Shown here: piece by piece, positions 19,514-29,057 of the stretch | Layout of the letters: every line of letters starts with the position of its first letter | Numbering within the stretch: the stretch's first letter is position 1 | Assembly: GCA_050251055.1 (NCBI GenBank) | Contig: JBFWNL010000008.1 | Span: 124,808-188,807, forward strand | Direction: 5' to 3' | Length of the DNA stretch: 64,000 bases | Source of the DNA: Bacteriovoracia bacterium | Lineage (GTDB): Bacteria > Bdellovibrionota > UBA1018 > JBFWNL01 | Notes under the pieces: model-generated | The model's database searches: none | Seen by the model: the letters and a program-made list of their open reading frames with translations, nothing else | Told to the model about the DNA's origin: nothing | Translations under genes and position numbers: made by a program

Positions 19514-21547
19514 CTAGGGCTTCCAAGGATTGAAAGCGGTTTCCAACCCTTGTACGTGCTTTTTGAGTTCCGGCATGTGGCGCACGATCACGCGTTCGAG
19601 GAAGCCCTCGGCGTCGATCCACTCGATGCCCGACTCGGTGTAGTACTCCGGACGGTAGTTGTCCGTATAGAAGCGGTCGGCCATCAGGCGGCGCGAGGCC
19701 ATCACGATGAAGATCTGGAACATCGTTTCGCCGAAACCGAAGTTCTGCGGACGAACTTCCTCGCTGAGCGTACCGACGAGCAGGTCGATCATCTCGACGT
19801 TGTCGTTGCCGTTCTCGTCCTTGCCGTAGACTTCGTAAAATTTGGCCAAGATCGCTTCCTGGCGCGCGTCCGCGGCCTTGCCGCCCGGGAAGAAGTCGGC
19901 GTACTTGGTGATCGGCTTCAGATTGATGCCGCGGCGGAACTGATTGTAGCGCGGAACACCGCGCTCGCGGTCGCGCATGATATCCACCATGCCCAGATCC
20001 ATGATGCCGTGGCCGGGGATCGGCAGCTCCTGCATGAACTTAGGGAAATTGTTCAGCACGAGCTGACCCGGATGCTGGGTACCGAAGGAATAGAAGAGAT
20101 CCTTCAGGTCATGGCTAGCCATGATGCCGTAGCTCTTATCGTTACGCGTGTCTAGGAAAGCCACCTTCTCGATCGAATCCGGCTTTCCGGCGTGCTTGAA
20201 TTCCAGCGCTTCCGGCAATAGCGAGTGCAGCCGGTAAACCGAGGTAAACTCCTCGGTGATGCTGAAGGGCACGCCATAGTCGTTGCGCTTGTCGCCGACC
20301 ACGCCGCCGATCAGGTAACCCGAGCTCGTGCCGCGAATCCAATCCGCGCGGTTGAGATAAGGAATCCGGCGCAGGGCCTTCGTCCAAGAGTTCGGGTTGA
20401 TCAAGCCATACCAGTTGGCGTACATGGCGCGTTTAAGCGTGTCGTTCGCCAGGATCGCCGGCGTCCATTCCACGGTGTGAATCTTTGCCATGACGGCGGC
20501 GTTGATCAGGCGCGCGACCTGGAAGACCTGCTCATCAATGCCGCGGGCACTGAGCACGAGCTTCTGGCTTCCGTTCTTCCATTGATACTTTCCGTTGCCC
20601 AACGCGGTGACGTGCTTTTTCCAAAGCATTTCCGCGATGGCGTTATGCTCCTTCACGAACAGGTGGTGGAGCATGCTGAGGCCCACCCACCAGTTGTCGC
20701 GGAAGCCCGTCACTTCGTGGCCACGGTTTTGCTTGTTGTTCGCGGCGTTCAGTTCCTGGTCGTAAGGCAGGAGCTCACGGCCATTCTGGACCACGGTCTT
20801 CATCTTGCCTTCGGACATCGCGCGCACGGAAAGCTGCTCGCGCAGGTTGCTGCCGTAGATCTGCGAGCCATCCCACCAGTGCGTGACGTCGTTCAGCGTC
20901 GTCTTGCCGAACTCGCGCTTGTACTGGGTGGAATCGGCGGTGTTTTCCTTGGTGCGCTCGACGAGGGAAGCGTCACCGGCACCGGGGACCTGGTAAGCGT
21001 TCTTATCCATGTTGCGGCCGTGCGTAAGCCAGTCGTGGTTCATGAACTGGATCCAACTCGCTGCGAGCATGTTGAGGAACGGCACGGGCTTGAACTCGCC
21101 ACGGGTGAAGAACTTCTTAGACACTTCCGAAGGATTCGGCGTCATGAGGTTCGCGGCTGCGTTCTGGTCGATGAAGCTCGGAGGAACGTTGCGGCCGAAA
21201 GCCACGCCAGCGGCGCCCGCCAGGGGACGAGTCAGATCGGTGCAAGTGCCATCCGCGCTGCGAAAGCGGGGATTATTGGCAGAACAATCCGTTATCTTAT
21301 ATCCGGCGTAGCCGGAGTAATCGACGTGCGGGTCGTGCAGGTTGTTATTCAGCAACCCGTCTCGGATCTGCTTGAGCACCATCAGGCCGCCCACGGTTCC
21401 TTTGCTCGACCAGGTGGTCCAAGGTGTTTCTTCTTCGGCGGCGGCCATCGGCGCGCGCGCCGGCGCCGACCAAACTTGGCCGACTTGGGCCAACTGTAGG
21501 CATTGCACCACAACTAACGTCAACGAGATCGACGGTTTCTTCAACAT
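19514..21547 (-). CDS. secreted heme peroxidase-cyclooxygenase family enzyme, fatty acid alpha-dioxygenase-like
   Basis: ASWIQFMNHDWLTH, WWDGSQIYGS, AKIHTVEWT, EEFTSVYRLHSLLPE, RDRERGVPRYNQFRR and MASRRLMADRFYT motifs; GGAG RBS. Confidence 0.88.
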   Translation of the reverse strand: MLKKPSISLTLVVVQCLQLAQVGQVWSAPARAPMAAAEEETPWTTWSSKGTVGGLMVLKQIRDGLLNNNLHDPHVDYSGYAGYKITDCSANNPRFRSADGTCTDLTRPLAGAAGVAFGRNVPPSFIDQNAAANLMTPNPSEVSKKFFTRGEFKPVPFLNMLAASWIQFMNHDWLTHGRNMDKNAYQVPGAGDASLVERTKENTADSTQYKREFGKTTLNDVTHWWDGSQIYGSNLREQLSVRAMSEGKMKTVVQNGRELLPYDQELNAANNKQNRGHEVTGFRDNWWVGLSMLHHLFVKEHNAIAEMLWKKHVTALGNGKYQWKNGSQKLVLSARGIDEQVFQVARLINAAVMAKIHTVEWTPAILANDTLKRAMYANWYGLINPNSWTKALRRIPYLNRADWIRGTSSGYLIGGVVGDKRNDYGVPFSITEEFTSVYRLHSLLPEALEFKHAGKPDSIEKVAFLDTRNDKSYGIMASHDLKDLFYSFGTQHPGQLVLNNFPKFMQELPIPGHGIMDLGMVDIMRDRERGVPRYNQFRRGINLKPITKYADFFPGGKAADARQEAILAKFYEVYGKDENGNDNVEMIDLLVGTLSEEVRPQNFGFGETMFQIFIVMASRRLMADRFYTDNYRPEYYTESGIEWIDAEGFLERVIVRHMPELKKHVQGLETAFNPWKP

Positions 21548-21584
21548 ATGGGTAGGCTCCTAGCGAGATTTACCGGATTTTTAT

Positions 21585-22478
21585 TTATTTCTTTTCGTTT
21601 TCTTTTGGCTCTTCTTTGGCCAGATCCTTTTCGTGGCGTTCGTAATAGAAACCCACGTCTTTCGGATCGCTCGGGTTGATGAGCATCAACTCGTTCGTGG
21701 TGGCCTTCGGCTTCCAGTTCACGATATCGACGAAGAACGCGATCTTCGCTTCGAGCTTTGCGGTGTTGGCTTCGTCAGCTTCCACGGCCTTCATCACGAA
21801 GAGGCCCGGAACGGATTCCGAAAGCGCGAACGTTCCCTTGGCGCCTTCCCAATTGAAGACGACCTGGCCATTTGCGAACGTTTCCGTGTTGTAGCTCTTG
21901 TTCAACAGGTAATCGAGCCCGGACGAACGCGTAGTGCCCAGGAATTTGCCCACGACGTAGTTTTCCCAGGTGGAGTTCCAGTTGCCTTTGAAATGGATCG
22001 TTTCGACGGCTTCTTTCTTACCCTTCTCGCGACGGGTGAGCGTGGCGCCCTTGATCTGATCGGGCTTCTTCAAGGTCAAGACATCGTAAACCACGTCGGT
22101 CTTCGGCACGATCGCGCCGCCGGCCACCGTGAGGGGGCGCAATACGTAGGTGTAGTCGTTGCCTTTGTCCATCTGGTAGGCGTGCATGCGGTACACCCAT
22201 TTGGTGATCGCGCTGCGCTTCTTATCGGAAAAAATATCGGTGATCACCGTGTCGGTGAACGGGAGGACTTCGTACTCGGCCAGCACGGCGTAGTAACGAT
22301 CGGCCTTGTTCGGGTCCTTTTTAATGAGCAAGGTCATGCTGTACGTGGACAGCGGCCCAAATTTGAAAAGCGAGCTATCGCCGCGGAATGAACCTTCCGG
22401 CAGGTCCGCCAGCGCCGAAGCAGGAACCAAGGCGGAAACCATGGCGATTAAACTTAAAACTTTGAACGCTTTGAACAT
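21585..22478 (-). CDS. secreted hypothetical protein, first gene of the dioxygenase operon
   Basis: ATG 22478 with GGAG RBS; signal peptide ending ALA; 37 bp from the dioxygenase start. Confidence 0.75.
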   Translation of the reverse strand: MFKAFKVLSLIAMVSALVPASALADLPEGSFRGDSSLFKFGPLSTYSMTLLIKKDPNKADRYYAVLAEYEVLPFTDTVITDIFSDKKRSAITKWVYRMHAYQMDKGNDYTYVLRPLTVAGGAIVPKTDVVYDVLTLKKPDQIKGATLTRREKGKKEAVETIHFKGNWNSTWENYVVGKFLGTTRSSGLDYLLNKSYNTETFANGQVVFNWEGAKGTFALSESVPGLFVMKAVEADEANTAKLEAKIAFFVDIVNWKPKATTNELMLINPSDPKDVGFYYERHEKDLAKEEPKENEKK

Positions 22479-23004
22479 AAAACTCCAATCGTTAGGCGCC
22501 CCGAATACTTGTCTTTTATGGTCGAAATGTAAGTACACTATTACGACGCGTTGCGCAATACAGAGTTAAAACGACCTCTCGCGAGCACAATGTATTGATA
22601 TTATAAGATTTTATTACTATCGGTGCCGATTGGCCCAGCTGCTGTTAGGAAAACTGCGAATACCCCATAGCGGTTGGACTACCAACTTCGGCCGAAGTTT
22701 TTTAGAAAACAGCGAATCATATGACGGCCACATTTGAGCGGTCTTCCAAACGCGAAAACACATGCCCGCCGCCGAGTCGCAAGCACCCGGAAGAACGACC
22801 TCCGGAGGGCCGATCGAGAAAAGCAGCTGATTCCTAATGACCGTGGAAAACGGGCATCCATTCGCCCAGGTGATTTCCAATAATGAAAACTCAGCCCGGC
22901 GTTCTGCTTCTACGCGGGTCAAATGCGACACTGTCTGGTGCTCTCCTCACTGCTTATAGAAATGGAAGAAGCCGTCACCGCCCACTTCCTTGCGTCCAAA
23001 GTAT

Positions 23005-23034
23005 GAAAGGAAATCGAATCTACTCTCGTCGGGC
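23005..23034 (+). promoter_or_regulatory. putative ECF sigma promoter, copy 1
   Basis: GAAAGGA-N15-CGTCGGGC before the GGGGAG RBS and ATG 23052. Confidence 0.65.
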
Positions 23035-23051
23035 TCAACGGGGAGCAATAA

Positions 23052-24425
23052 ATGAACGGGTTGGCTCAAAACGAAAATGGCAGCATTCTGCTTTGGGCAA
23101 GCATCGCCGGGAGCGTGCTCGTGAGTGGCCTGTTTTGGGGACAATCTCAGTTAGGTTGGATGCAAAAAGGCGCAGCTCGAATGAAAGAACAAGCAGCCTT
23201 GCAAAAACTAAAGCGCGAAATCGAGATGGCCTTGGCCCAGCCAACTTCTTGCGCCCACGCTCTCAAGAATCAGGCCGTAGCCACCGCCGCAGGCGAACAG
23301 CGGGCCGCAAATATCGCACTCGACGGAGGCCGGCGGCTTTCTCCAGGATTCGCCGATGGGGGAATACGCGTCGCCGACGCCCAACTCGAAACCCTCCAAG
23401 AAACCCGTCCGGGAGAATTTCAAACGGCGCTGGTCATTGAATTAAACAAGAACCGATTGTTACCGGGTGCGCCCACTGGGCGGATGAGTTTTTTTATTAC
23501 TTTGAAACCGAATTCACTGGGAACCGGAGTCGAGCAATGCCAACTGGGAAGTCCACGGGAAATACGCCGAGATGAAAATTGTCCCGAAGGACGCTACCTC
23601 GCAGGTCTGCAAACCGACCTCTCACCGGTTTGCGCGCCGGTCGACTTAACGGCCTTGGAATCTCAGTTCCAATGCCGTGAAAATGAATTTCTGACGGGAG
23701 TACAGGGCGGTATTGCCCAATGCCAACCCCTCCCTCTACCCGATCCGACGGCGTCGCCAGCCCCTAGCCCCAGCCCTTCCGCGACGCCGTCGGATCACCC
23801 CAATCCTTTGTCCGCCTGCTCAGCCACTCCCTGGTACAAGCAGTTTGTTATCCTCTACGAGGACCAAAAGCCGGACGGGAGTTGGAAAATCAATATGGAG
23901 CTCAGCGCTTGGCCACGCGGTTATCAGGCCCGCTCGGACCGAGGTTATATGTTGGGCGAACTGGGTACTTGGGATCTTGACTGTGGTGGGAACTGCCCAT
24001 CCCACGCGGCGGCGATGCTCTATTCAGTACACGGATACTCAGCACCTCAGATGGATGAAGTAGCGCCGATTGTCCAAATCAACTACGGAGATGCCGGCCC
24101 AATTCCCTTCCGTATCCACCCTGTACTTCGGCGGGGGTGCCCATTTGGACCGGGGGACATCTCTCCCAACACTACGGCATTTCGTCCAGGCCAGAACGAT
24201 CCTTGCTCAGGATTCGACATTTACTTTGCTCGCCAGTTCGGCAATTTCTCCGACCGCGGGTGGGAGCAAGTGCCCGGTCCCTACACGATCTGGAGTTTTC
24301 CCGGGATTCTTGCCCTCTGCCAGCAAAACCAAGGCCCAGCGTGCTCCTATCTGAACAATCCCCCGCCCGGGAAACGCGTGCGCATCTTCTGGAAAAAGTT
24401 CCAATGGGAGGATTGCCAGCCATGA
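23052..24425 (+). CDS. large PilX/GspK-like pilin-related protein with Cys repeats and a variable C-terminal domain
   Basis: NENG|SILLWASI hydrophobic N-terminus lacking E5; CAHALKNQ; two CxxxxxLxG...C repeats; Pro/Ser linker. Confidence 0.65.
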   Translation: MNGLAQNENGSILLWASIAGSVLVSGLFWGQSQLGWMQKGAARMKEQAALQKLKREIEMALAQPTSCAHALKNQAVATAAGEQRAANIALDGGRRLSPGFADGGIRVADAQLETLQETRPGEFQTALVIELNKNRLLPGAPTGRMSFFITLKPNSLGTGVEQCQLGSPREIRRDENCPEGRYLAGLQTDLSPVCAPVDLTALESQFQCRENEFLTGVQGGIAQCQPLPLPDPTASPAPSPSPSATPSDHPNPLSACSATPWYKQFVILYEDQKPDGSWKINMELSAWPRGYQARSDRGYMLGELGTWDLDCGGNCPSHAAAMLYSVHGYSAPQMDEVAPIVQINYGDAGPIPFRIHPVLRRGCPFGPGDISPNTTAFRPGQNDPCSGFDIYFARQFGNFSDRGWEQVPGPYTIWSFPGILALCQQNQGPACSYLNNPPPGKRVRIFWKKFQWEDCQP

Positions 24426-25825
24426 ATCAAGCGGGATTCACGCTCGTCGAAACCACGGTGGCCGGTACGGTGCTCGCCCTGCTGTTGACGGTGACCCTCA
24501 ATGGACAGAGCCAAATCGCGCAATCGGCAGCGCGGCTTGATCACGGCCGCGGAAAAATGGATTCGGCTTTCAAGAACTGGCAGTTAATGTTCGACCCCGA
24601 GCTATGTACCCGCTTGCTAGCGGGCCAACCCATCCGACCCGATCCGGGAACGGCGGTGACGGTCACCGGCAGCTTGGAATCGGTGATAGATTTGCGCGCC
24701 GGTGCGCAATTCTCGGAAGATCAGCAGCTCGCCCGCGCGGAACTTCGCACCGACGCATTAGCCCACGAAGGCGACGAGCTTTCCACCTACCGGGCACGCT
24801 TGAACCTGATCGGTTCGGCCGAGCAACGCTTAGAATCAGTCCCGCTTTTTGTCGAAGCCGGTACCGAAGATAGGCGAATCCGCCGCTGTGGAATCTATAT
24901 CGAAGATACCAACCCTTTACAGGGAGAAGCCTGTGCTTCAGCTGCGGAAGTGATCGTAGGATTTAACTCCGACGGTCAGATCGTCTGTCGGCCCGCGACC
25001 GCAGAAGCCCTACCCCTCATTACATGTCCTGCGGACCACTACTTAGTTCGCATCGAAAACGGCGAACCCACCTGCCGGCCTATGCCACAGGCGGCAGCCG
25101 CTGACCCTTGGATTGCCACATTCAACTTTGAGCTGAGTTGCCGCTGGCGTGACGGTGTCCCAGTAGTCCGTGGCGCTGGTCCTCGCCAAAGCTCGATAAC
25201 GGGGGGCTGGCAGCAAGGATCCTACTCGAATCGCCCAGGCAATGACCCTGGATGGGAAACCCCGCCAATCGAATTTCCGCCTGCCGCGAGATTCCTGGTG
25301 GGCGAGATCGCGATGGAAGCCCCAAATTTGCAAATTACTCAAGACCCCCAGACCCAAAACTACTCGTATCCCAATGACCGCCCTTGGCGTATCGGCTATA
25401 ACCCCACCGATTTATCGTTGATTCTCGAAGTACGTAGCGCCAATGGCACTTCGGGATGGGGATCCATATTCGATGGAAAGTTTTACGGGCTTTCCAGTAG
25501 TCCGTTGGGCCCGCACGCCAACTACTTCCAAGACATGAACTCGTTTTATGGCCTTGGCAAGTTTGGAGACTATAAGATGTTGGGTGCAGAACCCACGCGC
25601 GTCGCCCACACTCCATTCACCTACTATCTTTCCACGCAAGATCAGGTATTGCGCATTAACGCGCAAGCACCCTGTTACGGCGACCCGACCGATACCACCC
25701 AACCCCCCAGTCGGGTCTCCGTACGGGTGCAATTCTGCCGTGGTCTCTCTCATGACCCGCAAAGCAAATGTTACCCGCAAGGACGTCAAATACCGACCCC
25801 GCCTGAGGGTTCTTATGCCGACTAA
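24422..25825 (+). CDS. large type IV prepilin-like protein
   Basis: start moved to ATG 24422 (ATGA overlap); MNQAG|FTLVE prepilin cleavage/methylation motif; CTRLLAGQ; two Cys repeats. Confidence 0.8.
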   Translation: MNQAGFTLVETTVAGTVLALLLTVTLNGQSQIAQSAARLDHGRGKMDSAFKNWQLMFDPELCTRLLAGQPIRPDPGTAVTVTGSLESVIDLRAGAQFSEDQQLARAELRTDALAHEGDELSTYRARLNLIGSAEQRLESVPLFVEAGTEDRRIRRCGIYIEDTNPLQGEACASAAEVIVGFNSDGQIVCRPATAEALPLITCPADHYLVRIENGEPTCRPMPQAAAADPWIATFNFELSCRWRDGVPVVRGAGPRQSSITGGWQQGSYSNRPGNDPGWETPPIEFPPAARFLVGEIAMEAPNLQITQDPQTQNYSYPNDRPWRIGYNPTDLSLILEVRSANGTSGWGSIFDGKFYGLSSSPLGPHANYFQDMNSFYGLGKFGDYKMLGAEPTRVAHTPFTYYLSTQDQVLRINAQAPCYGDPTDTTQPPSRVSVRVQFCRGLSHDPQSKCYPQGRQIPTPPEGSYAD

Positions 25826-27353
25826 ACGGAGCTCTGGATACACATTGGTGGAAATGATGGTGGGCGTGGCCGTACTTGGAATCGCTTCCGCCGGCATTTC
25901 GACGATATTGGTACGACAAAATGGATTCTCAAGTTGGATCGGAAAGAAATCTGGACAGCTCGGCTTCTTGCACCAGCTCCAGTACGACCTTCTTTCGCAG
26001 GATCGCTGTACGTTCGCGCTGATGGGGCAACCGCTTCCCCCCGTGGGCACCGCCGAAATCGAATTTGAGTCTCGGAGCAACGCCGTCTACCGCCGCGGCT
26101 GGCGTGAATCGGGTGTCACCTTAGAATCTTTCACTATCGAGCGTGGCCCCCGCATCCGCCAAAGCTCGTCGGGAGATTACTACATGTCGCGACTTCGCAT
26201 TCGCACGTCAATGGCCGGCGATGCCGGCCAAGCCGACAAAAAAAATCGCGACCAAACTTTTCAGGTAGTCGTACAAAAGGAAGCGGGCGCCGATCGGGTG
26301 CTCAGCTGCGGATACGGCACCTCGGAAGACCCGGTGATCTGCCCCACCGGAAAATTTCTCGCTGGCTTCGCGATGGACGGGGCGCCTATCTGCCGACCGG
26401 CCGATTTGAACGTAACGCTCAATTGTCCGCCGGGAAAATACTTGGCGGGATTCAACGCGAACTACCCCATTTGCTATCCGTTGCCGGGCCAAGGGGTGGT
26501 GGACCGCAACCCGACGAACCGGCCTCAACCGCCTCCGCCCGTCCGCGTCGACGGGGGATGGGGACCATGGGGAGCGTGCCTAAACGGATCCCAAACCCGC
26601 GTATGCAACCAGCCCCCGCCGGCGAATGGCGGCGCGGACTGTAGCGGTGCCGCAACTCGCAGCTGCGTGGCCGGGGGACCATCGCTGGACCCCATGGAAT
26701 ACACCGTTCCGGGAACTTACACTTACACGGTGCCGGCCGGCATTACGGCGCAAGTACGGATCGTCGTGGTTGGAGCCGGGGCCAGCGGAAACGGTGGAGA
26801 CAAAAAAGACGGCAAAGGAGGGAAAGCCGGCAACTTGATGACCGAAACCCGCACAGTTCAAGGGCCTGCTACTTACACGGTGGTGGTCGGTCAAGGAGGC
26901 ATGATGTCTCGATCCGGTCCCGATAACGGTTACTACGGAAATCCGGGTACCGAATCGAAGTTCGACGGCCTAACGGCAACTGGTGGCGTGGTGGTCCGAA
27001 ACGGCACTGACACCTCCCAGGGCGGCAAGGATCATTGCGCGGTAGGAAACATCGCCGCCTTAGGCCAAGACAGCCCCCTCGGCTCGGGAGGAGGTCTCTC
27101 GTGCGTATGTCACTACGCCTGCGGAAATAGTGGGAGTGCGCCGAACGAAATCGACAACTATGCGCCCGTCTACGACCCCGAACGGATGCATCACTACCGG
27201 GGTTGCGTGCGCGACGGATTCATATCCGAACACCGGGGCGACACCATGCACGGCTGCCCCGGTACGCGACCGGGTGCAGGCGGTGGCGGCGGCAGCAACG
27301 GCAATCGCGGCGGCGCTGGCGCGCATGGCTACGTTGGAATTTTCCCAATTTGA
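25815..27353 (+). CDS. large type IV prepilin-like adhesin with thrombospondin type-1 repeat and glycine-rich domain
   Basis: start moved to ATG 25815; SSG|YTLVE; CTFALMGQ; two Cys repeats; VDGGWGPWGAC...QTRVCNQPPPANGGADC; YTVPGTYTYTVPAG...VVGAGASG. Confidence 0.8.
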   Translation: MPTKRSSGYTLVEMMVGVAVLGIASAGISTILVRQNGFSSWIGKKSGQLGFLHQLQYDLLSQDRCTFALMGQPLPPVGTAEIEFESRSNAVYRRGWRESGVTLESFTIERGPRIRQSSSGDYYMSRLRIRTSMAGDAGQADKKNRDQTFQVVVQKEAGADRVLSCGYGTSEDPVICPTGKFLAGFAMDGAPICRPADLNVTLNCPPGKYLAGFNANYPICYPLPGQGVVDRNPTNRPQPPPPVRVDGGWGPWGACLNGSQTRVCNQPPPANGGADCSGAATRSCVAGGPSLDPMEYTVPGTYTYTVPAGITAQVRIVVVGAGASGNGGDKKDGKGGKAGNLMTETRTVQGPATYTVVVGQGGMMSRSGPDNGYYGNPGTESKFDGLTATGGVVVRNGTDTSQGGKDHCAVGNIAALGQDSPLGSGGGLSCVCHYACGNSGSAPNEIDNYAPVYDPERMHHYRGCVRDGFISEHRGDTMHGCPGTRPGAGGGGGSNGNRGGAGAHGYVGIFPI

Positions 27354-27376
27354 CCCGCCCAATGCGTTCGGCGACA

Positions 27377-28984
27377 ATGAGCGACGTGCTAAATTCCCGC
27401 CAAATCTTCCTGCGAGTCGCGTTCGTGGGTACCCTCTGCGCAGTCGGATCCGCCTCCGCGTCGGCGGCGGGACCCGACCCGAAGCTGCTCGAGGCCCTCC
27501 GCCACACCGCCGAGGGAGATCAGACGCGGGCGATTCAAATTCTCGTGCCGCTCGCGGCGAAAGCCCCCGACGACTTCACCCTGCAGCTCGCCCTGGCGAA
27601 CGCTTACTTCGGGGATCGTAACTTTAGGCAGGCACTCGAGACTTACAAACGCATCGCCGAGCGCACACCCGCCACCAATCCCCTCAACGGACTAGCGCAC
27701 CTGAATCTAGCCAAGTCTTACCGCATGCTCGGCGTACTGGATTTGGCCATCGAAGAATGCAAACTCCTGCGTGAGCGCCCACTGCCCGACGCCATTCAAA
27801 ACGCCGTCATCGACGAGCGGCGCGCGCTCGCCGATGAACTCAATCAAAAATCCTTCGCGGCCTATGAATCCGCCCAGTACGGTAGCGCGTTGGGGGATCT
27901 CCGAAAATCCCTGGCTACGCACGAGACCTCGGAGGCATTTTTGCTCGCAGGGATGACCTTGCTCAAACAGGCGCGCGTTTACGAAGCGCGCGCGTACTTC
28001 AAGCAAGTACTGGCTCGCCCGGACGAGGCGAACCTGCATGACCGGGCGTTGGATTACCTCAACAAGATCCGTCAGGGGGTTTGGGAAGAGTCCGACCCTT
28101 TCCGCCTGCGCCTTTCCGTGGGCACGGGTTGGAACACCAACGCCACGAGCGAAGGCGATTCGCTGGCGAATGTTTCCCGGCCCACCGCCGACTTCCTACT
28201 AGACGCCGGGGCACTGGTGTTTCGGAATCCTATTCACAAATTTTCTTTAAACTACCTCGCTTCCTGGAACGAAATCATTGGCGTGCCGAACCTGCGCGTG
28301 ATTTCTAACTCCATTTACGCCGATTGGACGCTGCGATTTGGGCCAGCGCGACTGGGCTTGGTACCCCAATATGTACATCAAATCGTGGGTGCTTCTCCGC
28401 TTCTGCATCGCCCGGGCGGCGAAGCCCGGCTGCAATTTCGCTTCGGCGATTGGGACGCAGGAGCGGAAGTATATTTAGGAAAAAGCGTCGGGCTTGGCGG
28501 CGCGGATTATCTCACCGGCCTTACCCAAACCCGAACGGTTTACACAAGCTATTCCGACAGCTTTTTCTTTCTTCGCCCCTTCGTCATGCAGATTATCGAT
28601 GATAGCGGCAGTTATTCGTTTGTCACCTACCCCTGCTCGTTCGCCGCCGGAGTTTCGGCGAGCCTCCCCTACGGCTACACCGCATGGGGCGGTGGAATCA
28701 AAGCGGGTTGGTTTCCGGAGACCGACACACGACTCTTCTTTCAGTACCGGCACCTAACGAAGACCTTCGACGGCTTCTTTGTTCCGGGCAACCTGGTGCG
28801 CGAGGATGGCGAAAACTTACTAGCGATCCAGGCCGAGCACGAGCTGGACCCCACGTGGACGCTCTACGGATCGCTAGCCACGGTGATCAACGGCTCTACC
28901 CTGGGTTCCGGCACCGCCATCGATAAAAACTATGGCCAGGTGGTACTTGGGTTAGGTGTGCAGATAAATCTTTTAAGATATTGA
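27377..28984 (+). CDS. TPR + outer membrane beta-barrel protein (Slam/DUF560-like architecture)
   Basis: signal peptide; several TPRs; barrel begins LSVGTGWNTN; amphipathic strands; C-terminal LGLGVQINLLRY; start uncertain (27362, 27377 or 27386). Confidence 0.7.
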   Translation: MSDVLNSRQIFLRVAFVGTLCAVGSASASAAGPDPKLLEALRHTAEGDQTRAIQILVPLAAKAPDDFTLQLALANAYFGDRNFRQALETYKRIAERTPATNPLNGLAHLNLAKSYRMLGVLDLAIEECKLLRERPLPDAIQNAVIDERRALADELNQKSFAAYESAQYGSALGDLRKSLATHETSEAFLLAGMTLLKQARVYEARAYFKQVLARPDEANLHDRALDYLNKIRQGVWEESDPFRLRLSVGTGWNTNATSEGDSLANVSRPTADFLLDAGALVFRNPIHKFSLNYLASWNEIIGVPNLRVISNSIYADWTLRFGPARLGLVPQYVHQIVGASPLLHRPGGEARLQFRFGDWDAGAEVYLGKSVGLGGADYLTGLTQTRTVYTSYSDSFFFLRPFVMQIIDDSGSYSFVTYPCSFAAGVSASLPYGYTAWGGGIKAGWFPETDTRLFFQYRHLTKTFDGFFVPGNLVREDGENLLAIQAEHELDPTWTLYGSLATVINGSTLGSGTAIDKNYGQVVLGLGVQINLLRY

Positions 28985-29005
28985 TTTTAATAGATAATTA
29001 ATTCA

Positions 29006-29035
29006 GTAAGGAAAACCCCTACCCCAGCGTCTAGC
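29006..29035 (+). promoter_or_regulatory. putative ECF sigma promoter, copy 2
   Basis: GTAAGGA-N15-CGTCTAGC before GTG 29058. Confidence 0.65.
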
Positions 29036-29057
29036 ATAGGATAAGGGCGGGCAAAAG

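Noticed and set aside
20225-21499. Long antisense ORFs (e.g. 20225-21499, 53108-54286, 10567-11202)
   Set aside because: These are shadow frames opposite well-supported genes, typical of GC-rich DNA, with no recognisable motifs.
22540-23000. ncRNA or riboswitch in the large divergent intergenic region
   Set aside because: No recognisable conserved motif or strong structure was seen by eye; an Rfam search would be needed.
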